A DNA stretch of 64,000 bases from an uncultured Acidobacteriota bacterium. Its GTDB lineage: Bacteria; Acidobacteriota; Thermoanaerobaculia; Multivoradales; UBA5704. A model generated the notes under the pieces. It saw only the letters and a list, made by a program, of their open reading frames with translations, was not told where the DNA came from and ran no database searches. The stretch lies in contig CAVYRF010000002.1 of assembly GCA_963770895.1 (NCBI GenBank), positions 1,664,001 through 1,728,000 of the forward strand, given 5' to 3'. Both the position numbers and the translations under genes were made by a program. Within the stretch, counting starts at the first letter, position 1, and each line of letters starts with the position of its first letter. Below, in pieces: positions 30,899 through 43,146 of this stretch.

Positions 30899-31994
30899 GG
30901 AAAAACCGGCGTTCCGCCACCTGTCGTCGATCGACGGCGGCCTGGTGGCGGCGGTGGTGCTGCTGTCCGCCATCGGCCTGGCCACCGTGCACAGCGCCAG
31001 CTCCGAGATGGCGGTCGACTACCTGCCGCGCCAGGCGCTGTGGTTCGGCATCGGCGTCCTGGTGCTGCTGGCGACCATGAGCGTCGACTACCACGTGCTG
31101 CTCGACGTCTCGCTGGTGCTCTACCTGGCGGGCGTCGCTCTGCTGGTGCTGGTGCTGGCCGCCGGCGTCGCCCACGGCGGCGCCGCCAACTGGTTCCGTA
31201 TCGGCCCCTGGCAGTTCCAGCCGTCGGAGTTCGCCAAGCTGGCGACGATCCTGATGCTGGCCCGCTACCTGTCCAACCTCAACCAGCGCGTGCTGGACCT
31301 GTCGCAGATCGTCATCGGCGTCGGCATCGTCGCGCTGCCCATGCTGCTGGTCCTGGTCGAGCCGGACCTGGGCGGCGCCATGATGTTCGCTCCGATCATG
31401 GTCGGCATGCTGCTGGTGGCCGGGGTGCGCGTCCGCATGTTGATCATGGCGGCGTTGGTGGGCCTGCTGCTGGGCGCCGGCATGTGGTCGTTCGGCATGC
31501 GCGGCTACCAGCGCCAGCGGGTGCTCACCTTCCTTTCCCCCGACAGCGACCCGCTGGGCGCCGGCTACCAGGTGCGGCAGAGCAAGATCGCCGTCGGCTC
31601 GGGAGAGGCGATGGGCAAGGGCTACATGCAGGGCACCCAGAGCCAGCTGCGCTTCCTGCCGGCCCGCCACACCGATTTCATCCTGTCGGTGCTGGCCGAA
31701 GAATGGGGCTTCGCCGGCGTCGTCACCGTCCTGCTGCTGTACAGCCTGTACGTCGCGAGCGCCGCGCGCATCGCCATGCGCGCCCGCGATCGCGCCGGCA
31801 TCCTGCTGGTCACCGGCATCCTGTCGGTGCTCTGCTTTCACGTCCTGTACAACTCCTCGATGGTGGTCGGCTTCGTGCCGATCACCGGCATCCCCCTGCC
31901 CTTCCTCTCCTACGGCGGCTCGTTCACCATGGTCAACTTCATGGGCACGGGGCTGATGTTGGGAGTCGATCTTCGCCGCTACGTCAACCGATAG
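30882..31994 (+). CDS. rodA: Peptidoglycan glycosyltransferase RodA
   Basis: QPSEFAK, EPDLG, HTDFI, EEWGF, PITGIPLPFLSYGGS. Confidence 0.96.
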   Translation: MATLAEEKPAFRHLSSIDGGLVAAVVLLSAIGLATVHSASSEMAVDYLPRQALWFGIGVLVLLATMSVDYHVLLDVSLVLYLAGVALLVLVLAAGVAHGGAANWFRIGPWQFQPSEFAKLATILMLARYLSNLNQRVLDLSQIVIGVGIVALPMLLVLVEPDLGGAMMFAPIMVGMLLVAGVRVRMLIMAALVGLLLGAGMWSFGMRGYQRQRVLTFLSPDSDPLGAGYQVRQSKIAVGSGEAMGKGYMQGTQSQLRFLPARHTDFILSVLAEEWGFAGVVTVLLLYSLYVASAARIAMRARDRAGILLVTGILSVLCFHVLYNSSMVVGFVPITGIPLPFLSYGGSFTMVNFMGTGLMLGVDLRRYVNR

Positions 31995-32017
31995 TGTCCG
32001 GAAGGGCCAGCCCAGCC

Positions 32018-33592
32018 ATGAGTGAAAAGATGCTGATCGAAAGCGATCCGCACCAGACCCGCATCGCGGTTCTGGAAGACGATCGCCTCACCGAGATCTT
32101 CGTCGAGCGCCGCCGCCACCGCGGCCTGGTGGGCAACGTCTACAAGGGCCGCGTGACGCGCGTGCTCCCCGGCATGCAGGCCGCCTTCGTCGACGTGGGG
32201 CTGGAGCGCGACGCCTTCCTGTACGTCAGCGACGTGGCGGCCGACGTCGAAGCGATGGAAGACATCGAGATGGAAGAGGTGGGCGCCGACGAACCGGGCG
32301 CCGCCGCCGCCGGCGCCGTGGTGCCCGACGGCGGCGCCGGCGCGACGTCCGGCCACGGCCATGGGGCGGGCGTGGCGGCGGCGGCGGTGCCCTCGATCGC
32401 CGACCTGCTCAAACCGGGGCAGGAGATCATCGTGCAGGTGGTCAAGGACCCGCTGCCCAACAAGGGCGCGCGCATCAGCACCCACGTCACCCTGCCCGGC
32501 CGCTACCTGGTGTTGCTGCCGACCGTCCGCCACTTCGGCGTGTCGCGCCGCATCGACGACGACGCCGAGCGCGAGCGCCTGCTGGGGCTGCTCAACCAGC
32601 TGCCGCTCGCCGGCGGCGGCCTGATCGTGCGCACCGTCGGCGGCGGCCGCGGCCCCGAAGAGTTCGAAAGCGACCTGGTGTACCTGTCGAAGCTGTGGGA
32701 AAAGATCCGCCAGCGCGCCGGCAAGGTGTCGGCGCCCACCCTGCTGCATCAGGACCTGGACCTGGCGCTGCGCGTGGTGCGCGACCTGCTCCGCCAGGAT
32801 TTCACCGTCCTGTGGGTGGACGGCGAAGAGACCTATGAACGGATCGTGGAATTCCTCGACCAGGTGCAGCCGTCGCTGGTCGCCAAGGTGAAGCTGTTCC
32901 GCCAGGGGGCGACCCTCTTCGAGCAGTTCGGCATCGAAGACCAGATCGAAGCGGCGCTCAAAACCAAGGTCTGGCTCAAGTCGGGCGGCTACATCGTGAT
33001 CAACCCGACCGAGGCGCTGGTGGCGATCGACGTCAACACCGGGCGCTTCGTCGGCCAGCGCAACCTCGAAGACACGGTGCTGCAAACCAACCTGGAGGCG
33101 GTGCAGGAGATCGTGCGCCAGATCCGTCTGCGCGACCTGGGCGGCATCATCGTCATCGACCTGATCGACATGGTGGAGCAGCCCCACCGCGAGATGGTCT
33201 TTTCCAGCCTCGAAAACGAGATCAAGAAAGACCGCGCCAAGACCAAGCTCCTCAACATCTCCGAATTCGGCCTGGTGGAGATCACCCGCAAGCGCAGCCG
33301 CGCCAACCTGGAGCGGCTGCTGACCCAACCCTGTCCGTACTGCGCCGGACGCGGGCGCATCAAGTCGCTCGCCACCATCTGCCTCAACCTGCGCAAGGAC
33401 CTGCTGCGTCTGCGCGGGCGCAGCATGGGGCACGGCGAGCTGCTGCTGCGGGTGCACCCGGAGATCGCCCGCGCCCTGCAGCGCGAAGAGCGCGCCATCC
33501 TCGACGAGCTGGAGCGCTCGCTGGAGGTGAAGCTGCTGCTGCAGAGCGATCCCGAGCTCCATCACGAGAGCTTCGACGTGGTGGAGGTCTAA
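32018..33592 (+). CDS. rng: Ribonuclease G (Rne/Rng family)
   Basis: GNVYKGRV, AAFVD, IDVNTG, LRDLGGIIVID, CPYC.GRG. Confidence 0.93.
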   Translation: MSEKMLIESDPHQTRIAVLEDDRLTEIFVERRRHRGLVGNVYKGRVTRVLPGMQAAFVDVGLERDAFLYVSDVAADVEAMEDIEMEEVGADEPGAAAAGAVVPDGGAGATSGHGHGAGVAAAAVPSIADLLKPGQEIIVQVVKDPLPNKGARISTHVTLPGRYLVLLPTVRHFGVSRRIDDDAERERLLGLLNQLPLAGGGLIVRTVGGGRGPEEFESDLVYLSKLWEKIRQRAGKVSAPTLLHQDLDLALRVVRDLLRQDFTVLWVDGEETYERIVEFLDQVQPSLVAKVKLFRQGATLFEQFGIEDQIEAALKTKVWLKSGGYIVINPTEALVAIDVNTGRFVGQRNLEDTVLQTNLEAVQEIVRQIRLRDLGGIIVIDLIDMVEQPHREMVFSSLENEIKKDRAKTKLLNISEFGLVEITRKRSRANLERLLTQPCPYCAGRGRIKSLATICLNLRKDLLRLRGRSMGHGELLLRVHPEIARALQREERAILDELERSLEVKLLLQSDPELHHESFDVVEV

Positions 33593-33593
33593 A

Positions 33594-35804
33594 ATTCCGG
33601 CGGTATCGCCCGGCGGCGACGGCGTTGCCTTTGCCTTCGCCGACTACACCGGCCAGGTCGCCGCCGGCTTCTGCCCGTGCGATCTGGAGCGCGAGCTGGC
33701 GCGGCTGGTGGATCCCGCCGCGGCGCAGCAGACGCTGCACTGGGGGCGCAACTACCTGTACGTGACGCGCTGCGATACCGCGGCGGGCCCGCTCGCGGCG
33801 GTGGTCAAGCAGTTCCGCCACCGCCACCTGCGCGACCGCTTGCGGCGGCGCTGGCACGGCAGCAAGGCGCTCAAGAGCTGGCGCATCGCCCAGGCCCTGC
33901 GCGCCGCGGGCATTGCCACGCCCGAGCCGCTGCTGCTCGCCGAGTCGCGGCGGCCGGACGGCCCCAGCTTCTACGTCTGCAGTTTTCTTGAGGGAAGCCT
34001 GGAGGCGCGCTACCTGCTGCGCGCCGCCAACGCCGGCCGCGAGGCGGAGCTGTTCCCCGACATCGACCTGCCCGGCTTCCTCGCCCGGCTGGGCGGCTTC
34101 GTGCGCCGGCTGCACGACGCGGGCTTCTGGCATCGCGACCTGTCGAGCGGCAACATCCTGCTGCGCCGGCCGCCCGATGCCGCCGCCGGCACGCCGCACG
34201 AGCTGTGGCTGGTCGATCTCAACCGCGCGCGCGCCGGCCGCCGGCTCGGACTTTTCGAGCGCGTACGCGACCTGTCGCGCATGAACCTGCTGCGGCGGGA
34301 GCACCAGGAGCAGTTCCTGGCCGGCTACTGGCAGCGCGAGGGCGGCCCGCCGGCGCTGGGGCGGGCCCTCTATCGCGCCTCCTTCCACGCCTTCCTGTGG
34401 AAAAACCAGCTCAAGAAGTGGCTGCGCGGGACGCGGCCGGCGGGCGCCGCGGCCGGCCTGGTGCGGGTGCCGCACGCCCACATCCCCGACCCGCCGGCGG
34501 GCGCGACGGCGCGCGACAAGATCGTCTGGGACCGGCTGTCCGACCAACCCCACCAGCATGCCGGCAAGCTCGCCAAGCTGCGGGTGCGGCTGGCCGACGT
34601 GCCCGGCCACGCGGCGGCGGCGGCGGTCGTCGCGCGCTCGCTGCCGCGCGTCCTGCGGCGCTACCGCGAGCTGCCGCGGGCCTTGTACGGCGGGCCGGTC
34701 GCCTGGGACGGCGCCGGGGTCTGCGTGCGGCCGTGGCCTGAAGCGCCCGAGGCGCTGGTGGCGCTGCTCGACCAGCTGGGGACGCGGCACGTGCTGCTGC
34801 GCCTCCACCCCTGGCAGGACGACCACGCCGACGAGGAGGCGCTCGCGGCCGAGCTGCACGCGCGCGGCTACGAGCTGACGTTCGCGCTGCCGCAGAACCG
34901 CGAGCTGGTGCGCGACCCGGCGCGCTGGCGCGCCTCGCTCGCCGCCCTGGGCGAGCGCTTCATCCCCTACGGGCCGCGCTTCCAGGTCGGCCAGGCGATC
35001 AACCGCAGCAAGTGGGGGGTGTGGAACCTGCGCGAGTACCTGGAGCTGGCGCGCGGCGCCCAGGAGGTGCTGCGCCGCCTGCAGCCGGACGTCCAGCTGT
35101 TCGGCCCGGCGGTCATCGACTTCGAATATCACGTCACCGTCGCGGTGCTCAACGCCGCCGGCGCCGGTTTCCATTTTGACGCGGTGTCGGCCCTGCTGTA
35201 CGTGGATCGCCGCGGCCTCCCCGAGGGGCGCCAGGCCGGCTTCGACACCATCGACAAGGTGCGCCTGCTGCGCGCCGTCGCCGACACCGCGCGCAACGCC
35301 AGCGGCCGCTGCTGGATCACCGAGATGAACTGGCCGCTGTGGGAAGGGCCGCACTCGCCGGCCGGCCGCGCCGTTTCGGTCGACGAGGAGGCGCAGGCCG
35401 ACTACCTGACACGCTACTTCCTGCTCACCCTGAGCACCGGTCTGGTCGAGCGCGTCTTCTGGTGGCAGCTTGCGGCACGCGGCTACGGCCTGGTCGACCC
35501 CGCCGACCCGCGGCGGCCGCGGTGCCGGCCGAGCTTTATCGCCTTTCGAACCCTGCTCGCCCAGCTGGCCGGCAGCCGCTGCGAAGAGGTGCTGCCGGCG
35601 GCGGCGGCGTGCCGCCTCTACCGTTTCCGCCGGCCCGACGGCAGCGACGTGGTGGCCGGCTGGAGCCTGGCCGGCGGCGGCAGGGCAACCCTGCCGCGGC
35701 CGGCGGTGCAGGTGATCGGGCGCGACGGCCAGTCGCTGGCCGCGGCCGGCGGCCGCGAGGTCGAAGTGGGGCCGTCGCCGGCCTACTTCCACCTCGCGGA
35801 CTGA
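33594..35804 (+). CDS. LPS-kinase (Kdo/WaaP/InaA-like) domain fused to a glycoside-hydrolase-like TIM barrel
   Basis: VVKQF, WHRDLSSGNILL, LVDLNR kinase motifs; later FQVGQAINRSKWG, CWITEMNW; start is GTG 33708 or ATT 33594. Confidence 0.75.
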   Translation: MPAVSPGGDGVAFAFADYTGQVAAGFCPCDLERELARLVDPAAAQQTLHWGRNYLYVTRCDTAAGPLAAVVKQFRHRHLRDRLRRRWHGSKALKSWRIAQALRAAGIATPEPLLLAESRRPDGPSFYVCSFLEGSLEARYLLRAANAGREAELFPDIDLPGFLARLGGFVRRLHDAGFWHRDLSSGNILLRRPPDAAAGTPHELWLVDLNRARAGRRLGLFERVRDLSRMNLLRREHQEQFLAGYWQREGGPPALGRALYRASFHAFLWKNQLKKWLRGTRPAGAAAGLVRVPHAHIPDPPAGATARDKIVWDRLSDQPHQHAGKLAKLRVRLADVPGHAAAAAVVARSLPRVLRRYRELPRALYGGPVAWDGAGVCVRPWPEAPEALVALLDQLGTRHVLLRLHPWQDDHADEEALAAELHARGYELTFALPQNRELVRDPARWRASLAALGERFIPYGPRFQVGQAINRSKWGVWNLREYLELARGAQEVLRRLQPDVQLFGPAVIDFEYHVTVAVLNAAGAGFHFDAVSALLYVDRRGLPEGRQAGFDTIDKVRLLRAVADTARNASGRCWITEMNWPLWEGPHSPAGRAVSVDEEAQADYLTRYFLLTLSTGLVERVFWWQLAARGYGLVDPADPRRPRCRPSFIAFRTLLAQLAGSRCEEVLPAAAACRLYRFRRPDGSDVVAGWSLAGGGRATLPRPAVQVIGRDGQSLAAAGGREVEVGPSPAYFHLAD

Positions 35805-35817
35805 CGGGCCGCGGGCG

Positions 35818-37363
35818 CTACTTTTCGAACATCTTCGCCACCGGCACGACGTCGATCGACGTCGGTTTCAACGGCAGGGCGATGATCGATTTGTCGACGG
35901 CCAGCACTTCGTCGGAGACCTTGCTGTTGTAAGTCTTGGGGCTGGGCGCGTCGCCTTGCAACAGCTCCTTGAGCGCGCCGGCGTGGGCGGTCACGATCAC
36001 CGCGTCAAAGTTGTCGGTCGTCAGGTACTTGGCCGCCGCCTGGTTGACGTCCGCCAGGGTGAGCTCCTTCAAGCGGCGCTCCACCTCGTCGATGAAATAG
36101 GGCGTGCCGTAGTAGCGGCTGTCCATCGCAAAGCCGAGCCGCACCGACAGGTCCTGCACCCACAGCTTCGAATAGTTGATCAGGAAGTTGCGCGTCAGGT
36201 CGAACTCCCGCTGCGTCAGTCCCTGCGTCTGGACGCGGCGCACCTCGTAGATGGCGGCGCGCAGGGCGAACTGGGCGTCGGCCGGCACCACCGGGCGCAC
36301 CCACACCGAAAAGTACTGCTGGTGGCGCGGCACGTTGGGAGTGGGGGTGGAGGTGAAGGGGGGCGAATCGTAATACTCGATGTAGGAGTAGTCGCCGTAG
36401 TTGAGGCCGCGCAGCACACGCAGCTGGGCCATCAGGAAGCCGCTGAAGGTGCGGTGCTCGCCCAGGAAGCTGTTGGCGACCATCAGGGGGTAGTAGTCGG
36501 CGTCCCGGCGGGTGAGAGGCAGCGGCAGGCCGAAGTTGATGCCCACCGACGCCGTCTCCTTGTCGATCAGGGTGAAATGCCTGCCGGTGACCGGCGCCGG
36601 CGCCGCCACCTTGCGCACCACGTGGGTGCCGGCCGGCAGCCCCTTGAGGTCGCGGGCGATCTGGACGGCGAAGCCGTGCGGGTAGCCGCCGGCGACGCCG
36701 ATCGTCAGGTTCGCCTTGGTGTAGTGCGAGCGGTAGAACTCCCGCACGTCGTCCAGGGTGATGTTGCCGAGCCCGGTGACGGTGCCGACCGCCGAGTGGC
36801 CGTAGGGGTGCCCGGCGAAGATCTGGTCCTGCAAGGCTTCCAGGCCCAGCAGCTCGTCGTCGCCGCTGCGCAGCGTGTCGTTCAGGTAGGACAGCTGCTG
36901 AGCCTTGTTGCGCTTGAAGTCGGCTTCCGCAAAGCCGGGGCTGAGCAGCGCCTCTTCCAGGAGGCGGGTGTAGGTGGCGACCGATTCGCGCGTCACGGTG
37001 CCTGAAAACACCGTCACTTCGCGGTCCACCGAGCCGTCGATCTCGGCGGCCAGCGGATACAGGTCGTGCAGCAGCTGGTTGTAGGAGCGGTGCGCGGTCC
37101 CGGCCTGCGCCACCATCAGCGCCGTCAGTCCGGCCAGCCCTTCCTTGCCCGGCGGGTCGTCCATCGAGCCGGCGCGGAACAGCAGGCGGATGGCGACCAG
37201 CGGCGAAGCGGGGCTCGGCACCTCGACGCGCTCGGGCGCGCCAAAGTCTTCCGCCGCCCTGGCCGGCGCGGCGAAGGTGAGCATGCCGGCCGGCAACGCC
37301 GCCAGCGCCAGGAGCGCGGCGCACCGCAGGCCGGCGCGGCCAGGGCGGCGGCGGGAGCAGTCT

Positions 37364-37380
<17 letters not shown>
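35818..37380 (-). CDS. M16 peptidase, non-catalytic subunit
   Basis: AGSMDDPPGKEGLA without HxxEH; LRVLRGLNYG; signal peptide. Confidence 0.88.
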
Positions 37381-38863
<1,483 letters not shown>

Positions 38864-38935
38864 CCTCCTTCCGGCACAGTCTTCAGGATCGGCCGGTTTC
38901 CCGAAAAGGGCGGCTCATCTTATCCTAGTGACCCT

Positions 38936-40369
38936 ATGCGCCGGCTCACGCCTCCGCCTCCGCTCTCGCCGGGAGCCCCGCGCCAGTCCCGGCGCCGGCC
39001 GCGCCGCGGCGGGTGGTCCGCCGCCGGCGCCGCGTTGCGGGTCGGGGGGCTGTGGGGCCTGGCGCTGCTGGCCGCGGCCGCCGGGTTTGCCGGTGGCGGC
39101 GCACCGCCGGCGCGCGCGGCGGGCGTTCCCGGCGGTGGCGGCGCGGGCGTCGGCGCGCGGCGCACGCCGGTGGTCGCCGTGGCGGAGAAGGTTTCGCCGG
39201 CGGTGGTCAACATCGCGGCGGAATCGATCGTGCGCGAAGCCGACCCCTTCTTCGGCGGCATCTTCACGCCGCAGCGGCGGGCGCAGTCGTTGGGTTCGGG
39301 GCTGATCATCGCGCCCACCGGCATCGTGCTGACCAACGCGCACGTGATCGAGGGGGCGTCGCGCATCGTCGTCACCCTGCTCGACGGCCGCGAGCTGGAG
39401 GCCGACGTGCTGGGCTCGGACCGCGACGCCGACCTGGCGGTGCTCAAGGTGGGCGCCAAGAACCTGCCGGCGGTCTCGCTCGGCAAGAGCTCCGACCTGA
39501 TGATCGGCGAAACGGTGGTGGCGATCGGCAACCCGTTCGGCCTCTCCCACACCGTCACCATGGGGGTGCTGTCGGCGGTGGGGCGCACCGTCCCCTCGGA
39601 GCGCGGCGAGCGGCTGTTCACCGACTTCCTGCAGACCGACGCCTCGATCAATCCCGGCAACTCCGGCGGCCCGCTGGTCAACATCCTGGGTGAGGTCATC
39701 GGCATCAACGCGGCCATCGTCTCGGGCGCCAACGGCATCGGCTTCGCCATCCCCGCCGACCGCGCGCGCCGCGTGGTCGAGGACCTGCTGCGCTACGGCG
39801 AGCTGCGGCCGGTATGGAGCGGCGCGCGCCTGCTCACCGTCGACGGCGAGCTGGCGCGGCGCTACCAGCTGGCGGTCAAGCACGGCGCGCTGGTGTTCAA
39901 GGTCTACCCCGGATCGCCCGCGGCCGGCGCCGGCCTGGAAGAAAAAGACGTCATCGTGGCGGCCGCCGGGCACGCGGTGGGGACGCGCGAAGACGTCATC
40001 ACCGCCATCTACACCGTGCCGGCCGACAGCCCCATTCCGCTGGAGATCAAGCGCGGCGCGCACACCGTCAAGGTGGTGCTGCGCACCGCGGCGCCGCCGC
40101 GCGGCACCGGCCTGTCCGTGCTGGAGCGCAGCGTCGGCCTGGTGGTGGGCAGCAGCCGCGGCAAGCTGGTCGTGCAACGCGTCGTCCGCGGCACGCCGGC
40201 CGACCGCCGCGGGCTGGAAGAGGGCGACGTCGTGCTCGGCGCCAACGGCCAGCGCCTCACCTCGCCGGAAGACCTGGGCCGCGAGGTGCTGCGCGGCATG
40301 GACCGCGGCAGCCTGCTGCTCGCCGTCGAACGCGGCGTCTTCGTCTACAACCTCGACTTCGAGCTATGA
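38936..40369 (+). CDS. HtrA/DegP-type serine protease with two PDZ domains
   Basis: TNAHV, DLAVL, QTDASINPGNSGG catalytic triad motifs. Confidence 0.94.
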   Translation: MRRLTPPPPLSPGAPRQSRRRPRRGGWSAAGAALRVGGLWGLALLAAAAGFAGGGAPPARAAGVPGGGGAGVGARRTPVVAVAEKVSPAVVNIAAESIVREADPFFGGIFTPQRRAQSLGSGLIIAPTGIVLTNAHVIEGASRIVVTLLDGRELEADVLGSDRDADLAVLKVGAKNLPAVSLGKSSDLMIGETVVAIGNPFGLSHTVTMGVLSAVGRTVPSERGERLFTDFLQTDASINPGNSGGPLVNILGEVIGINAAIVSGANGIGFAIPADRARRVVEDLLRYGELRPVWSGARLLTVDGELARRYQLAVKHGALVFKVYPGSPAAGAGLEEKDVIVAAAGHAVGTREDVITAIYTVPADSPIPLEIKRGAHTVKVVLRTAAPPRGTGLSVLERSVGLVVGSSRGKLVVQRVVRGTPADRRGLEEGDVVLGANGQRLTSPEDLGREVLRGMDRGSLLLAVERGVFVYNLDFEL

Positions 40370-41007
40370 GCGCCATAGCGGGCCACCGCGTCGCGCTGCT
40401 GGTGTCGGGGGCTTCGGGGATGCTGCTGCCGCGGCACGTCCTGGGGCGGCTTGCCGCGCACCCCGCCATCGCCCGCATCCACCTGGTGGTCTCGGCCGGC
40501 GCCAGCCAGGTGCTGCGGCACGAGCTGGGCGCCGAACGCACCGGCGCCGCCGACCTGGCCGCCGCGGCGGGCCTGGAAGGCGCGGCGCTGGCGAAGCTGT
40601 GCTATCACCGCGACGGCGAGCTGGACGCGGCGATCGCCTCGGGTTCCTACCGGCTGACCGGCACCGCGGTCCTGCCCTGCAGCGCGGGGACGCTGGGCGC
40701 CCTGGCCACAGGCTCGGCCCGCACCCTGGTCCACCGCGCCGGGGCGGTGGCGCTCAAGGAGGGCTGGCCGCTGGTGCTCGGCTTTCGCGAGACCCCCTAC
40801 AGCCTGGTGCACATCGAGAACATGCGGCGCCTGGTGGTGGCCGGCGCCGTCCTGATGCCGCCGGTGCCGGCGTTCTATATCGGCGGCGAAGACATCGGCC
40901 GCTTCCTGGATCACTACACGCTGCGCCTGCTCGATCACTTCCGGCTGCCGGCGGAAGGGTCGTCGGGCCTGCGCTGGGGCGGTGAAGAGGGCGGCGACGC
41001 CGGGTAG
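40366..41007 (+). CDS. ubiX: Flavin prenyltransferase
   Basis: SGASG, IASGS, PCS.GTL, LKEG, RETPYS.VHIENM, PAFY. Confidence 0.92.
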   Translation: MSAIAGHRVALLVSGASGMLLPRHVLGRLAAHPAIARIHLVVSAGASQVLRHELGAERTGAADLAAAAGLEGAALAKLCYHRDGELDAAIASGSYRLTGTAVLPCSAGTLGALATGSARTLVHRAGAVALKEGWPLVLGFRETPYSLVHIENMRRLVVAGAVLMPPVPAFYIGGEDIGRFLDHYTLRLLDHFRLPAEGSSGLRWGGEEGGDAG

Positions 41008-42332
41008 CTGGCGCCCGCGGCGTCCCGGCGGGCGAGCTGCGCGCCTTCGCTGGCCAGGTCGACCTTGGTGATGTCGGGGCGGAAGAACAGCGCCAGCGTC
41101 CAGTCGGCGACGATGCGCACCCGCCGGCTCCAGCGCGGCATCTGCAGCAGGTAGTACGTCCGCCGCACCCACCACGCCACGAAGCCGCGCACCGGCAAGC
41201 CCAGTACCGAGCCCAGGCCGCGGGCGTGCCCGAGCGAGGCCAGGACGCCCAGCGACCGGTAGACGAACGGCTGCGGCGGCGCGCCGCGGGTGAGCGCGCC
41301 ATGGAGGTTGCGCGCCAGCACCTTGGCCTGGCGCATGGCGTGCTGCGCCAGGTAGGGGTAGGGCTTGCCGGTCGGGTCCGGCACCGTGGCGCAGTCGCCC
41401 AGCACCCACACCTCGGGGCGCTCGCGCGAGCGCAGGGCGGCGTCCACCAGCAGGTGACCCGCCCGGTCGCGGGCCAGCGGCAGCGCCGCGGCAAGCGGGT
41501 TGGGCGCGATGCCGGCGGCGAGCACCACGGTGTCGGCAGCGATCGATTCGCCTTCCATGCGCACCAGGCCGGGCTCGATCGCCAGCACCGGCGCGGAGGT
41601 GCGCAGCACGGCGCCGCGCCGGCCGGCCAGCGTCCTGACCGCATAGGCAGCCAGCGTTTCGGGCACCTCGGGCAGGATGCGGTCGATCGCCTGCAGCAGG
41701 AAGAAGCGCGCCTCGCCGCGGTCGACGCGCGGGTAGTAGCGGGCGATCTGATCGGCGAAGGCGGTCATCTCGCCAAACAGCTCGACGCCGACCAGGCCGC
41801 CGCCCACCACCACGAACGTCAGCAGGCGCTGGCGGCGCTCGGCGCCGGTTTCGGCGTCGGCGCGCTCGAAGCGTTCGATCATGTGGTCTCGCAACAGCAA
41901 GGCGTCCGCCACGGTCTTGAAGGTGAACGCCGCCTCGGAGCCCGGGATCAGGGCGCGGTTGGTGACGGCGCCCAGCGCCAGCACCAGCTGATCGTAGGGC
42001 AGCTCGTACGCTGCGCCCTCGGCCGGCGCGGCGACGACCACGCGCCGCGCGAGGTCGATGCGCTCGACCGTCGCCTCGACGAAACGCGAGCGGCGTACGA
42101 AGTCGCGCACCGGCAGCGAACAGTGCCGCAGCTCGAGCGTCCCCGAAAACGCCTCGAACAGCAGCGGCGTCATCAGAAAAAAATTGTCGCGGCAGACCAG
42201 GGTGATTTCGACCGCGGGTGCGGGGAGCGCCAGCTGCGCCGCAAAAAACCTTTCCAAATGGCGCGTCGCCCACAGGCCGCCGAAGCCGCCGCCGAGCACC
42301 AGGATACGGGTCACGCGCGGAGCATCGCTCAT
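40935..42332 (-). CDS. ndh: Type II NADH dehydrogenase family flavoprotein
   Basis: GGGFGG, YDQLVLALG, GGGLVGVE, GDCA, AQHAMRQ. Confidence 0.85.
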   Translation of the reverse strand: MSDAPRVTRILVLGGGFGGLWATRHLERFFAAQLALPAPAVEITLVCRDNFFLMTPLLFEAFSGTLELRHCSLPVRDFVRRSRFVEATVERIDLARRVVVAAPAEGAAYELPYDQLVLALGAVTNRALIPGSEAAFTFKTVADALLLRDHMIERFERADAETGAERRQRLLTFVVVGGGLVGVELFGEMTAFADQIARYYPRVDRGEARFFLLQAIDRILPEVPETLAAYAVRTLAGRRGAVLRTSAPVLAIEPGLVRMEGESIAADTVVLAAGIAPNPLAAALPLARDRAGHLLVDAALRSRERPEVWVLGDCATVPDPTGKPYPYLAQHAMRQAKVLARNLHGALTRGAPPQPFVYRSLGVLASLGHARGLGSVLGLPVRGFVAWWVRRTYYLLQMPRWSRRVRIVADWTLALFFRPDITKVDLASEGAQLARRDAAGASYPASPPSSPPQRRPDDPSAGSRK

Positions 42333-42393
42333 GCCGCCATTCCATCACACTCGTCGTTTGACCCTTCGCGAGCCATCGCTTACGATCGCTTGC

Positions 42394-43146
42394 ATGCCGC
42401 CGCAGGTCCAGGGCACGCCGCAGGAACTATTCGGTCCGCTCGACCTGGCGGAGAGCAGGCACGCGCCGGCGCGGCTCTTCGCGGCCGGCGACGTCGCACT
42501 GTTGCGGCAGGGCGCGCGCGTCGCCATCGTCGGGTCGCGCCGGGCGTCCGCCGCCGGTCTGCGCCGCGCGCGCAAGCTGGCGGCGCAGCTGGCGCGCCAG
42601 GGCGTGACCGTGGTCAGCGGCCTGGCCGAAGGGATCGATGCCGCGGCGCACCAGGCCGCCCTGGCCGCCGGCGGACGCACCATCGCCGTCCTGGGCACGC
42701 CGCTCGACCGCGTGTACCCGCGCTGCCACCGGCAACTGCAGCAGCGCATCATCGCCGACCACCTGGCGCTGACGCAGTTCGCCCCCGGCGCGGCGGTGGC
42801 GAAAAGCAACTTCCCCTGCCGCAACCGGCTGATGGCGTTGATCGCGCACGCCACCGTCATCATCGAGGCGGGCGACGACAGCGGCGCCCTGGCGCAGGGC
42901 TGGGAGGCTTTGCGCCTGGGCCGGCCGCTGTTCATTCCGCAGTCCACGCTAGAAGACGCCGGCCTGACCTGGCCGCGACGGATGCTGCACCACGGGGCGC
43001 AGGCGCTGACGGCCACCAGCTCGGTGACCCGCCAGCTGCCCATGCTCGCGAGCCCGGAGATCGCCCAGGCTTGCCGGGAAGCCCCGGCGATCCCGGCGCC
43101 CCGTCAGGGCGCTCGCCTGCCGGCAGCGGTTGCTGTCCCTATCTAG
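42394..43146 (+). CDS. DprA/SLOG-family protein (short, Rossmann core only)
   Basis: VAIVGSR, VSGLAEGIDAAAH, FPCRNRLMA, IEAGDDSGAL. Confidence 0.9.
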   Translation: MPPQVQGTPQELFGPLDLAESRHAPARLFAAGDVALLRQGARVAIVGSRRASAAGLRRARKLAAQLARQGVTVVSGLAEGIDAAAHQAALAAGGRTIAVLGTPLDRVYPRCHRQLQQRIIADHLALTQFAPGAAVAKSNFPCRNRLMALIAHATVIIEAGDDSGALAQGWEALRLGRPLFIPQSTLEDAGLTWPRRMLHHGAQALTATSSVTRQLPMLASPEIAQACREAPAIPAPRQGARLPAAVAVPI

